From Adineta vaga (Eukaryota; Animalia; Rotifera): a DNA stretch of 64,000 nucleotides. Below are positions 1 through 11,953 of the stretch, in pieces (positions within the stretch are counted from its first letter, which is position 1; every line of letters begins with the position of its first letter). The DNA is taken from positions 7,750,001 to 7,814,000 of the forward strand of contig CP075495.1 of assembly GCA_021613535.1 (NCBI GenBank), in the 5' to 3' direction. The position numbers and the translations under genes are program-made. Below the pieces are notes generated by a model. The model was not told the DNA's origin. It made no database searches and saw only the letters and a list, made by a program, of their open reading frames with translations.

Positions 1-1507
1 TATATAGAGTTTTGCACTGATCTTTCCATTATTTGAAAACCCCCAAGAAGCAACACGTGCTTGAGCAAGTAATTTCTTTCGTCCATTGAGTTTAAATGTG
101 GATTTTTGTTGAGTATACAAGATATAACGACCGCCAGCATTTAAATTTATATCTGCTTTCAAACTTTCAGTTGATCTAACAACAAATTCATTGGATTGCC
201 ATGGACCACCGATAACATTAGTTCCTTTCCACTCACCAATACCATTCGAAAAATTATAAAGAATTGCACTCGATGATGGTGATGCTGTGGCTGTACCAGA
301 TCCAGTATTACTTTCACCATTTAAACTAATTTTTCCACGATTAATTATTTTTGCATCATTGAAAAAAGCATAAGCATTTTTATTTCGAATTGGTGACCAA
401 CCATCATTCCAAGCTAGGAAATACGCAACTCGAGGAAAAACTGATTGTATTGCTGATAACCTTGAACAGATTACATCCATTGAAATCCAATATTTGATCA
501 AAAAATACGACTTACCATCGAGTGTAATCAAATTGACCATTAGTATTTTGTGGACCAACTTCTGCTAATGCAAATGGTTTATTTAAACGTACCATTTCTT
601 GATAACCTTTCATGGAATTCTAGAAAGGAAGATAGTTTATATTTGAATATGATTTATAAATGAGATAGGCCAATTTTACTTACTGGATCATCGACATAAA
701 CATCAAGTGCAACAATATCAACATATGCATCACCTGGATAAAATTTCGATGGATTGCTTCGACTTTGATCAGGTGAATAAACCCATAGAATATTATGTAA
801 ATTTTTAACATTTGTTAAATAATTGAACATATCTTTCCAAACATTCTTGAATGTATCCGGATTCTAAAAGGAAAACATCCCAAAATGATCATTGATGAGT
901 AAAGAAAATTGATTTCTTTTACCTGATTACACCAATAGAACCAATCTCCATTCATTTCATGTAATGGACGAAATAGAACAGATACACCAGCTCGTTGTAA
1001 ATCATCTAAGCCTTGTGCCATTCTATCGAGAAAGAGACGCCACCGATTTCCAGTCTCAGTAGTAGGCTTAGTTAAATCGGCAAAATTTAAATTCATTCGA
1101 TCTTTATAACCACCTCCATTAGCTGAAACTGGATTTGGTAAATGCATATTTATTGTTACAAGACCACCTTTATTCCAATGATCTTTTAATGCAGGATTAC
1201 ATGTATAATCAATGATATTTTGTGGTGGAGTTTTATAATTCCAACCACAAGCATAATCACAACCAAGTATTGCAGGTACTTGACCAGTTTGTCCAGCAAT
1301 TTCATTGATTTGTTGAGTATTGAATGTGTCAGGACTATAACCGGCAAACTGACCCGATAGAATTTTACCTTGTTTTGGTAAATTTGCTATATAAGCAAGA
1401 ATTTGTTTTGTTTTTCCATTTGCTGCGCCATCGGCAGTTTGCTGTGCAAAACACAAATTAATTGTCGCTAACCCCACGATTTGAATGAAAAACACGGTCC
1501 AATACAT
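1..1507 (-). CDS. Secreted GH26 beta-mannanase with C-terminal CBM59-like module; 4 exons visible, 3' end outside window
   Basis: Signal peptide MYWTVFFIQIVGLATINLCFA; GH26 acid/base motif VLFRPLHEMNGDWFYW and nucleophile motif KPFALAEVG. Exons 1507-923, 863-684, 619-516, 460-1 are joined by GT-AG introns that keep the frame. After a Ser/Gly/Thr linker comes LYNFSNGIGEWKGTNVIGGPWQSNEF..SLKADINL..ARVASWG..SAKLYI, resembling CBM59 of Bacillus mannanases. Confidence 0.92.
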
Positions 1508-2296
1508 TTTTATCAAATTAAATACGGCTTTTCGATTTACTACATGTTGCTTATATAGCAGACAGTCACTTGATTATATCACAATAGTAACAAGGTCAAT
1601 CGATATCATATTCGTTCTTTTTTTTATATATTCATTGAAATCATGCTTATTGGCTTAGTTCTCTGCATGGTTTCACAGCTCGATAGAAGACTCCAGATGC
1701 ACTTGTGTATTATATAAGCATTATATGAAGTATTAAAAGCGTAGGCTTCTGTTTTTAAAATCGATCGCAGGGATTTTCTCATGAATATTTTTAACTGATG
1801 GAAAATAAAGACACAATGCACTTGTTTATATCATATCACAAAAAAACAACAACATATGAAATAGTTGCTGAAGAACTTCATTTTAAAGAAGAGTCAGAAG
1901 TCTTAGAAATACTGGTCGGACTTTTTTTTTAGACAAAAACAAACAAAGAAATTTATATTCAAGTTTTCTGTATAGTAAAGAAAAAAAGGCAAATTTTATT
2001 CTGTTGTTTCTTAATTCTGAGTTTTTTTCTTATTTCTTTTTTTGCCTTTCTTCACTACCGTAGGCATCACGTTGTCATTGTGATGTTTGTTTTACGTTGT
2101 TAGCTGTTTGTATACTGTCTCACTTTAATTTTAAGAAAGTAATAAACAACACACCTGTGTACAAATTATTTTTCTTTTTCTATCAAGAAAGCTTTAGATA
2201 TTCAACTGTGGATATCTAAATCAAAGAGAAAAGAGGAAAATACTATCAACTATTTTCATAGATAAGTTATTATTCACTTTCATATCCGGTGTACAA

Positions 2297-2950
2297 ATGC
2301 AGTTCTTTCTGTTACTTCTTAAAGTGGTAAGTTTATGATAACATATCAAATGTTAAACACATGTATAACATATTTTGATCTCTAGGCTTTCGTAACTTCA
2401 CAAATAGCATGGAAAAATTGTCATGATAATTCTAAGACGATAAAATTATTAAATCTAACTATTCATCCCTATCCAATTGTTGCACCTGGATCAATAACTG
2501 TCAAACTTACTATTCATAATGAACAAGAGATATCAAGTCCTCTGAAAGTTTGTTTGGATTTTTTATTTCGATGACTTTTCATTATTAGACTAAAAACTTG
2601 TCTTTTTATCTTTTGAATATAGGTTGATTTATCATTACATAAGAAAATTTTATTTGGTTCCATACCGGTTCCCTGTATCAGTGGTATTGGTTCATGTAAA
2701 TACGACGATCTTTGTAGTCTTTGTCCACAATGTGGTTGTCCAATGGCAATCGTAAGTATTGAAACCTATCGAACATAGATTTACAACTATGCGATTTTAG
2801 GGCGATCATATAATCACTTTACCAATTACGATTGATACGACTTCATGGGCATTAGTTGGTAGTTATCAAGCACAGGTTGATGTGGAAACAAATTCAGGAG
2901 AGAAAGGTTGTGTTACACTTAGTAATATACATATTGAATCAAGCAAATGA
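2297..2950 (+). CDS. ML-domain lipid-binding protein, GM2 ganglioside activator-like (4 exons)
   Basis: Not in ORF track. Spliced: MQFFLLLLKV|AFVTSQIAWKNCHDNSKTIKLLNLTIHPYPIVAPGSITV..SSPLK|VDLSLHKKILFGSIPVPCISGIGSCKYDDLCSLCPQCGCPMAI|GDHIITLP..LVGSYQAQV..KGCVTLSNIHIESSK*. WxNC, PxPIxxPG and PCxxxIGSCxYDDLC are GM2A/ML hallmarks. Confidence 0.85.
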
Positions 2951-3365
2951 TATAAAAAAGTTTTAACTCATAATAAAATCTTTCAAAGAATATCATCATC
3001 AAGATAGAGTTTGTCTAATTCAAATATATTAGATGAATCATCTTCCATCCAATCAGAGAAATCACATATAAATCCAAACAATTACATATGCATGAGAAAT
3101 TCAAAAAAAATGATCAAATCTTCTATACTATTATTTTCATAATGTAGTATATCATCGTATTTTCTTACTCTTAAAGTCATATGGGAATATATGTATGAGA
3201 TGAGAGCGTAGGCGTATATTCTTTCGATTGGCATAATCTATTGAGAATACAAATTGCACTCGATAATTCTATTCATGAGTTTTGATCAACTATTTAAATA
3301 CACTGAAAAGAAATCGTCAGATAGTTATTCGTATCCTTCTTTGTCTTACTACACTAGTATTCATC

Positions 3366-3659
3366 ATGTCTCAACGTTATCTATTCTTCATATGTATGAT
3401 CTATACATTTCTCTTTCTGGCTGTTCAAATGTATAGAATTAATAATGATTTTGATGAATTTCAACGTTATCAACGTGGTTTTGGCAATCGTCGATCTTTA
3501 TCTATGCACCATCTAAGACATCATCATCCAAAAGATATCCTGTATACATTCGATAATCAAGATGATAAATATTTATTCGTAAATCCTTCTGAAACCAATG
3601 AACAAAACGACCTTACATCTCAACAACAACAACAACAATCATCTATCCTGTACCATTAA
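3366..3659 (+). CDS. Small single-exon secreted protein, putative neuropeptide precursor (97 aa)
   Basis: First ATG in ORF 3282-3659 gives a hydrophobic N-terminus (MSQRYLFFICMIYTFLFLAVQMY), then NNDFDEFQRYQRGFGN-RR dibasic site and a His/acidic/Gln tail; AATAAA follows near 3713. Confidence 0.55.
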   Translation: MSQRYLFFICMIYTFLFLAVQMYRINNDFDEFQRYQRGFGNRRSLSMHHLRHHHPKDILYTFDNQDDKYLFVNPSETNEQNDLTSQQQQQQSSILYH

Positions 3660-3725
3660 CAAAAAAAAAGAAAAGAGTTAGATATATGTGTATTTATCGA
3701 GATGAAATGATTTAATAAAATAAGT

Positions 3726-6383
3726 TTAACATTTTCCACATCGATGAAGACATTCGAAAGCAAATGTTTCACTTTCTTGACATAATGATTGATTTTCCAA
3801 ACTACAAACTTCAGAATCGATATCCGGTTGTGCACAATCAACTAGATAGAAGAAAAATAGAATAATATTGTATAGAGAGAGATAGAGAAAATTTATTTCA
3901 CCATTTTCACATTCACGTCCATATGTATTTTCTAAACAATAGCAAAAGCAACCATCTTCTGTTTCAGGTGTACCACCATTTCGACAATTGAGTGAACAAC
4001 TTCCTGAAGATGATGTTACAGTAGTTGTTAAAGAGGCTATCAGAACATATTTTCATTAGATAATAAAATGAAAAGTTTGATTTCTGATTCTTACCCATAG
4101 TGCTAAAAGTACTAGTGGTAGTAGTAGGTCTGGTAGAAACAGTTGTTGTTGTAACTGTATATTATTTAGAACGAAACAAAATTATCAATTTCAATAAATC
4201 TATTATTACCTGGAGGACTAAGAACAGATTCCGCTGCATATCCATTACATTTATGACCAGTACAAAAATATGTTTCAATCCCATTATAAGTGCTTACAGC
4301 TTTCGATGGTCCACAATTCCACCAACAACAACGTCGTTCGATTATTGCTATTCATTTTATAAATACATAATAATACAATGATATCTCAAAGATTACTTTG
4401 ATCATCGGGATTTCGATAAACCATACATTTTGGACAATTCATAGACATTGATGAACCTTCTCTACCACAATCAGATCCGGAACAATCGAAACATTGTGAT
4501 GATGATGGTTCAGTAGTAATGGTAGTAGTCATAGTTGTCGTTATGGTGGTACTCATTGGAGTCGTTGTTATTGATGGTGCTCTTGTTGTCGGGGTGGTGG
4601 TGGTGGTGGTTACTAGTGTAAGAGGTTGTACAACATAAGTTCCATTTACTTCTATTCAATGTTACCTGCAGGACTGAGAGTAAATTCTGCACCGTATCCA
4701 TTACATCGATCACTGGAACAAAAAAATGTTTCAATACCATTATAACGACTAACAGAATTCGATGGTCCACACGACCATCGACAACAACGTCTTTCGATTT
4801 TTGCTATAAATATGATCGATAGAAAATTATTTATTTGTCATTCAATTTTTACTTTGATCACTTGGATTTCGATAAACCATACATCTGGGACAATTCATGT
4901 ATATCATAGAACCATCTCGACCACAATCAGCGCCTGAACAATCGTAACATTGAAATGATGTTTGCGCAGTTGTAGTTATGGTAGTCATCATTGTTGTTGC
5001 GGTTGTTACAGTTGTAACTGTTGTCATCGGTACTGTCGCCTTCGTTGTTGTAATCACTAACATAAATAAGAACATAATAGTTACGAATTTTATCTGCTAA
5101 AACATTACCTGCAGGACTGAGACTAGATTCTGCACCATACCCATTACATTTATGACCAGTACAAAAATATGTTTCAATCCCATTATAAGTGCTTACAGCA
5201 TTCGATGGTCCACAACTCCACCAACAACAACGTCTTTCAATTTTTGCTGGAGAAATTATGAACAACGAGCTGGTATGCTTCAAAGGTTAATTTATATCTT
5301 ACTTTCATCATCGGGATTTCGATAAACCATACATTTTGGACAATTCATAGACATTGATGAACCTTCTCTACCACAATCAGATCCGGAACAATCGAAACAT
5401 TGTGATGATGATTGTTCAGTGGTAACAGTAGTAGTAATGGTTGTTGTTGTTATGGATGTTGTGGTCATAGTTGTAATTGATGGCGTTGTTGTTTCTACAT
5501 AGTGTATAAAAATCGATATTATATTCACGTTTTGTCTTTTCTAATTATTACTGGGTACACCGAGTGCATACTCTGCTCCATATCCATTACATTTGTGACC
5601 AGTACAAAAGTATGTTTCAATCCCATTATAAGTGCTTACAGCATTCGATGGTCCACAATCCCACCAACAACAACGTCTTTCAATTTTTGCTGGAGAAATT
5701 ATCAACAACGAGCTGGTATGCTTCAAATGTTAATTTATATCTTACTTTGATCATCGGGATTTCGATAAACCATACATTTTGGACAATGCATAGACATTGA
5801 TGAACCTTCTTTACCACAATCAGATCCGGAACAATCAAAACATTGAGAGGATGATTGTTCAGTGGTAACCGTAGTAGTAGAAGTAGCTGTTGTTGTTGTC
5901 GTCATGATCATCGTCGAAGATGTTGACGTGGTTTTACTAACCGATGAATCTAAATAATCGACATGATTTCATGAGTAATTTATGAAGTCATTTCTTTTTA
6001 AATATATGCTTACTAGCAGAAAGAAAAATTTCTTCGCTACCAAGTCCATTACATTCATCAGTATCGCAAAAATAAGTTGGTCGACCAGCATGTTCAGATA
6101 TTTGATTTGGAGCTCCACATCCCCACCAACAACAGCGTCGATCAAATTTATCTTAGGAAAAAGAAACAACAAGAAATCAATCAGTTTTGATTCTCATTTT
6201 ATTCTATCTACCCGGAGTATCTTCATTACGAAACACCATACACATCGGACAATTTGATGCAGTTGCCGTACATGATTGTTCATTCCAAGCTGAACATTCA
6301 TAACATTTTAAACCTTCACATGGTATTGGAAAACTTATGAAAGTAACAAAGAATAGAGCAATCACAGCTGAGACAAACATCAT
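3726..6383 (-). CDS. Secreted multidomain protein: signal peptide, five 10-Cys Ly6/three-finger-like repeats with Thr-rich mucin linkers, EGF-like domain, C-terminal ShKT-like domain
   Basis: Signal peptide MMFVSAVIALFFVTFISFPIPCEG then LKCYEC..; repeat consensus QCFDCSGSDCGREGSSMSMNCPKCMVYRNPDD|KIERRCCWWxCGPSNAVSTYNGIETYFCTGHKCNGYGAE; EGF CSLNCRNGGTPETEDGCFCYCLENTYGRECE (~3905-4000); last exon 3841-3726 DCAQPDIDSEVCSLENQSLCQESETFAFECLHRCGKC*. Confidence 0.85.
4210..5850 (-). repeat. Intragenic tandem duplication of a ~440-bp exon+intron module (four closely related copies)
   Basis: Near-identical blocks such as tcgggatttcgataaaccatacattttggacaat and tttcaatcccattataagtgcttacagc recur at ~440-470 bp spacing; the introns at ~5250-5302 and ~5690-5745 are almost identical. 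Confidence 0.9.
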
Positions 6384-6518
6384 GTTTTTATTTCTATGTT
6401 GCAATATTCGATTAGCATCATTCGTTTTATTTTTATTTATAAAATACTAAGCTCCACCTCCATTTTAATTGTTTTTCAGTTTTAAAGAGAGAAAAAAAGG
6501 CGTTTTATTGACATATGC

Positions 6519-9500
6519 TTAAAAAACGATATCAGGACTATAGTCTTCCGTTTTTATATCTGCTTCAGAAACCGGTAGAACAATGCTGGATGGAAGACTA
6601 TAACTTGGTTGTTCAGATACTGATATAGTTGTCGTCGATTCATCTGATAGAGTTTTTTCGTTAGCAAGTCGATGTCGTCGAATTTTACCAGTTTTACTAT
6701 CTGAATGCCATAATTCTGGTGTCCAAACTTCAGGTTTTGAATTATTATCGGCTACATTTTGAATATAATGTGTTAAGCTTGTACTAGATTGAATCTCGAT
6801 TTCAGCATTTATTGGTGTTGATGGCTACAAAAAATACAATAATATTCAATTATCGAAAATAGCTATGGAAAGAAATATAATATAGGGCAGATTGATCTTC
6901 AATTGTTTTTGAGATAAAAATAATATTGAATTTCAGTACGATTATATTTCTAAGTTATTTTATCTAATAAAAAGATTTGTCTTGTCTTACTTTATCCAAC
7001 ATCGGCGCAATTAATCGTTCTAAATCAGTTGAATAACGTAAGTCTCTTTCTAAATTCATGATCTTTTCCCAAATGATTGCTTTTGTATTTAATTTTCGAA
7101 CTTCATTTCGAATTTCTTGAATAATTGGAACATCTTGACTTAAATTACAATGATAAGCTTCTAATGCTTCTTTCAACGATCTACATACGAGAAGAAATAA
7201 TGAAAGATAACTTTCAATATTTAAGTATTCCCCTGTAGCTTACTGAATAACAACAGGTTGTTTTTCTACTAAATATCGACTTTGTAAAGTATCGATGATA
7301 TCTTCATGAGGTTTTTCTAATAAAACAAGTGCATTGGGTGCTGCTGATCGTACTAATGGACTTTTATCATATCGAACACTCCATAAAAGAACATTTCGAC
7401 ATTTTTCATTTGTCATTCCATACAATCCAAGTGCTAAATATAGATTATTAAAATTACTTCTTTCATTAGAATTCGTCAACAAATATATTCTCACCTTCAA
7501 CAGCTGCATATCGAACTTTTTCTACTGGATCATATTCAATAAGTTCTACTAGTAAATCGCGAATTGTTTCATCACGTATTTGTAATTTATACGTTGTACG
7601 ACATGCACGAATACGTACAGTAACTCGATCATCTTTAAAACATTTCATAAATGGTTGCATTAATTTTGCTGTTAGAACACCTAAACAAAAAAATGTTCAT
7701 TAGTCAATATTCAATCAAATCATTCTCGAAAGACGAAGAAAATAAAACAAACCAAGATAGCTTATAAGTTTTAATGCTTCAACACGATCTTGCCAATATT
7801 GACTTTGAAGACGTATTACAAGTTCTTCATGTACAGCTTGTCCACAACCACATTTACCCAAAGCTTGTCCTGCTGCACGACGAACACTACTAGTTAAATC
7901 TTCCCACATCAGATGAATTAATTTTTGTGTAATATCCTTTTTTTTTATTTGAAAAAGAGAAAACAACGATAGAAATATTTCAGAGAATTTTTCAAAATGA
8001 TTTACTCTATTTGGTTGAGATTTAAGTAATGGAAAAAGTTTACAAGCAATTATTCGTTCATTAGCATCAGCAGAATTTAAATATTCACCGGTTAAACTAT
8101 GTACCAAATTCTATTTTAAAAGACAACAACAATTAGTTTTTCGTTAATTTCAAATTTTATTCTCTACCGTTCCTTGACTTAGTTTTGCAAGAGAAAAAAT
8201 CAATGGTTCACGTGTTGTATCATGTTTTGCCTCAAAATAATTCTTTAATAATTCATGTATAATATCTGATGTAGTGAGATTAACACTAGCTAAACATTGT
8301 GCAGCAGTTAATTTATCATCAGGATGACCATTCATAATACATAGACGAAGAATACTTTCAACCTAAATATTGAATTGAATTAAAGTTTTTCTTTTTTAAA
8401 TATGAATACTTTTGGAGAGAAACGACGCAATGTAGTCAATGTAATTGCAGCCGCTGTTCGAATACGTTCTTGTAGATCATCGAGTAAATCTTCAATAGAA
8501 CGAAGTAATCGTTCTGGAAGAAGACGAACTTTTAAACCACTTTCTATAAAAGACGAAAAGAATAAGAGCGATTTCATTTCTCTAGGTAATCTAGTACCGA
8601 TTTCTTTCTTAGTAAGATACTGCGATGCTCGACTACAAATAACTAATGCTGTAAATTGAATCTAAAGAACAAATATTCTAATAAAACAAGTTTGATCTAT
8701 GATAGAAGAAAAACAAACGTGTGGATGACTATCATGTAAATCTCGATATAACTCTTCAATATCAACATCCAGCCATTGATGATTAGTTTGCCATTTTCGT
8801 CTCCATTCTTAAAAACAAAATAAAAAAGAAATAGAAATACAATTTCAACAAATCGTTTGGTTACTTACCTTCAATAATTCGACTGATAGTTGTATTTAAT
8901 TTTAATGTATGATTTCCTCGAGAATCAGCTGTTGGTGGAAGAAGCCATGAGAGTAGTAAATCATTAACATCAGGTGGACGAGGAGTATGCTAGACAAATT
9001 GAATAAAGATTTTCTGTAATTTTTATCTAATAGATTGAAGATGTTAATATTAATACAATCAAAAGAAGAAGAAGAAGAATACGGGACACACAAACACCAG
9101 TAAAACCTGATCAAAGAAAGCTTGAATGACATCTGTTCTATTGGCTGTATCGTCTGATGTGTACATTGAAAGGTAAGGAGTCTAAATAGGAGTGCAAAAA
9201 TAAAGTGATTTATGTGTAAAAAGCAATGAATTTGATCTGTGTTCGAAATGAAAAAAAAAGCATAACTATACCGTATCCTTGATTCCAGGTAAAGTTTTCC
9301 AACGACGTAAACCTCGTGATGGTATGGGTCGATCAAATGTAGCAGATGAACCAATATCAAGAGCTAAATTCGTTCAAGAAATTATTGATTCATAGTTGCA
9401 TTAAGGAAAAAGAAAATTTCTACTTGTCGCAATGGAATCAGGATCCGGTGGAAGTTGCTTTTGAAGAACTTTATCAAATTGAAGTTTATCCGAAAGCGCA

Positions 9501-10999
9501 ATAACACCAGGTTCATCTATTCGTTTATGTTGATTATTTCCTTAAAAAAAATATGACGTATTGTATTGTTTTCTTCTCCTCAATCATTTTCTTCTACCAA
9601 GAATCATTGCTTGTTCATATGGATGATCAGTTTGATAAACTGTATTTGTTATTTTGTCTGACATTATATCATAAAACGTAGGTTCTGGACGTATAAATGA
9701 GTTTCCTGTGACTATTTGCTGAGATGGACGAATATTTGATGTGACTAATTCAATGAAATAAAGGAATCAAACTTTAGAAATGAAATATTCTACCATTATT
9801 TTTCATATCTTCTCTATTGCGTTGTTGCTGTTGTTCTTGTGCAGTTCGAAGTGATTGATGCGATGAAATATTTCGATTGGATGTATTAGTATCTCTATCT
9901 GTTATTTGATTTTTTAATCTATAAAGTAGATAGTAGTGATTCAAGGCTTATGCTCAAAGTAATGACTAGTTGTACTTTTTTGGATGTCTTTGATCAAGTT
10001 TGTGATCTTCATCATCATCTGTTGGAATCTAAATGGAAATGATTGTTATTATTTCTTTTTGTAGAATAAGAAAAAACATGGATCGAATGAAACATTCTTA
10101 CCAGTTCCATTTCTAATGGATTGGGTAATTTCACGATATGATATGTTCTCTTTAAATATTCAATCAATCGTGCTTGACGTTCTTCTACAAATAGAAATAA
10201 AATATCGAATTGAATTGAATTTTATCTCAAGAATTCATTTATAAAAGTTGTATTGAATCAATTATACTATATGAACATACCATCATGTACATGTTTTAGA
10301 ATAATAAATGTCGCTGTATTTTCATCCATATGTTCAAACATATATTCATCCCAATTTCGTTCCATTTGTGCGAAATCTCTTTCGGCAATCATGTGTGCTT
10401 GTCTTTCGATTGCATCATGGCCAGGTCGTACACTAAGTAAATTTTCATCGGTTTCTTCACTTAAATCTGATTTTATCGTAGGTAAAACAAGATGATCATA
10501 TCTCGTCGATAATTTAGAATCTTTGATGGGTTCGCCTTCCTCATTAACTTCAGTCATATAAAATAATGATTGTTGTGGTCGAAATTTTGCTGGTTCAATA
10601 GCTAAAGGTTTCTGTTTTAAAATTCGACGTGCATGTTTCCATCTTTCTTTCGGTAAAGTTAATGAAAGAGGTTGTAAGCGACGAGGTGGCCGTGGTGAAT
10701 GAACAATATCTGCGGAAGGAACATACAAGGATCGCCCATTATAATTATCAAAAGATATAGCTGCTGGACATAATTTTTGTACGACATCAACATCAAATTC
10801 GAGACCATTACTAACAAATGCAAGAAGATTTGATTCAACTGGTTTTTTATCATTGAGAAAAGGATTTGTTTTGATTAATTTCTAATAGTTTGAAGAAGAA
10901 GAAAGAGATATTAATAAATTTACAAATGAATTAACAAGTTTTTTCTTTTACTTCAGGAAGAGTAATATTTGGTAGAGATTTGATTTTTGTTGTAGTCAT
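6519..10999 (-). CDS. HEATR4: HEAT repeat-containing protein 4-like (multi-exon)
   Basis: HEAT-repeat exons LIHLMWEDLTSSVRRAAGQALGKCG, DRVEALKLISYLG|VLTAKLMQPFMKCFKDDRVTVRIRAC..LQIRDETIRDLLVELIEYDPVEKVRYAA match the HEATR4 C-terminal region as I recall it. Start MTTTKIKSLP at 10999; stop inferred at 6519. Confidence 0.75.
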
Positions 11000-11296
11000 T
11001 TTAATCAGATAAATATCAAAGATCTCTTTCCTATTTATAATTACAATTAAATACAAATCATTTTCGAATTCATTCCTACTCTAGTTACCTTAACAAATCC
11101 TCCATCGTATCTGTGAAGAAGAAAACTATTGGTCATTATACACCAATCTTTATCGTCAGAACGAAGAATGATGCTAAAAGACACAATCTTATGCAAGATC
11201 AACTTGTTTTGCTACGATATGATTTTGTCTATGAAAAAACTATTAAAAAAATTCGAAATATCTCGTTATTACTATTTATTTAGTCTTTTTAAAAAC

Positions 11297-11900
11297 ATGG
11301 CTGATTATATGGACACTAGTATGGATACACCGTCGTTTGATGCACAATCCATTCACTTATCATACGAAGTAAAATTTAATAACTTGATTAAAGATGAGTC
11401 GAACAAATACGATTTAAATGATTTATTCAGGAAAGACGATGGTTATGGATACAAAAGACAATACATAAACTCGATCAAACATTACAAACAGTTGTTGATC
11501 TACACAAAACAATTCGAGATTATCAGAAATGTGAGTGTATATATTTCATTACAGATGTTTTTGATAGATTAGTAGAGATAAATAGTTTTTCGACGAAAGT
11601 AAAAGATAGATTTCAATCATTGGATAACGTATAAATATAAAATATTTAAAAAAAAATGAAATTCATATGCTAAAAAAGTATGTCGAAATGGGAAAAGATA
11701 TTTGTAGAAGAATACATATTAAAATAAATTGAAAAAGAGATTTCGAGTATTCTGACAGAAGAAACTATTCTTTAACTATTCAAGATTATTTAATAATCGA
11801 CTAAAGATTCCCAAGAACTCATTCTCTTTCAATCAATATCTTACAAATAGATTATGAACTATAATATCAACTATATGTACAAAGAAATATTCTCAGGAAT
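11297..11900 (+). pseudogene. Coding-like but interrupted segment upstream of the PARP exons (possible decayed 5' exons)
   Basis: ATG 11297 opens MADYMDTSMDTPSF..FEIIRN before a gtgagt donor whose phase does not match the next clear exon at 11954. Downstream reads VEEYILK*IEKEISSILTEETIL*LFKII* with in-frame stops. Confidence 0.35.
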
Positions 11901-11953
11901 AGTTGTATTTACAATATATATCCAACAATTGATTTGATCTCAATTTTATTTAG

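Noticed and set aside
1-1516. Bacterial contamination as explanation for the GH26 gene
   Set aside because: Three frame-preserving spliceosomal introns, host-like AT content and contiguity with animal genes.
4210-5850. Regularly spaced repeats considered as a CRISPR-like array
   Set aside because: Units are ~440-bp coding exon/intron modules in a eukaryotic gene; no short repeat-spacer structure or cas genes.
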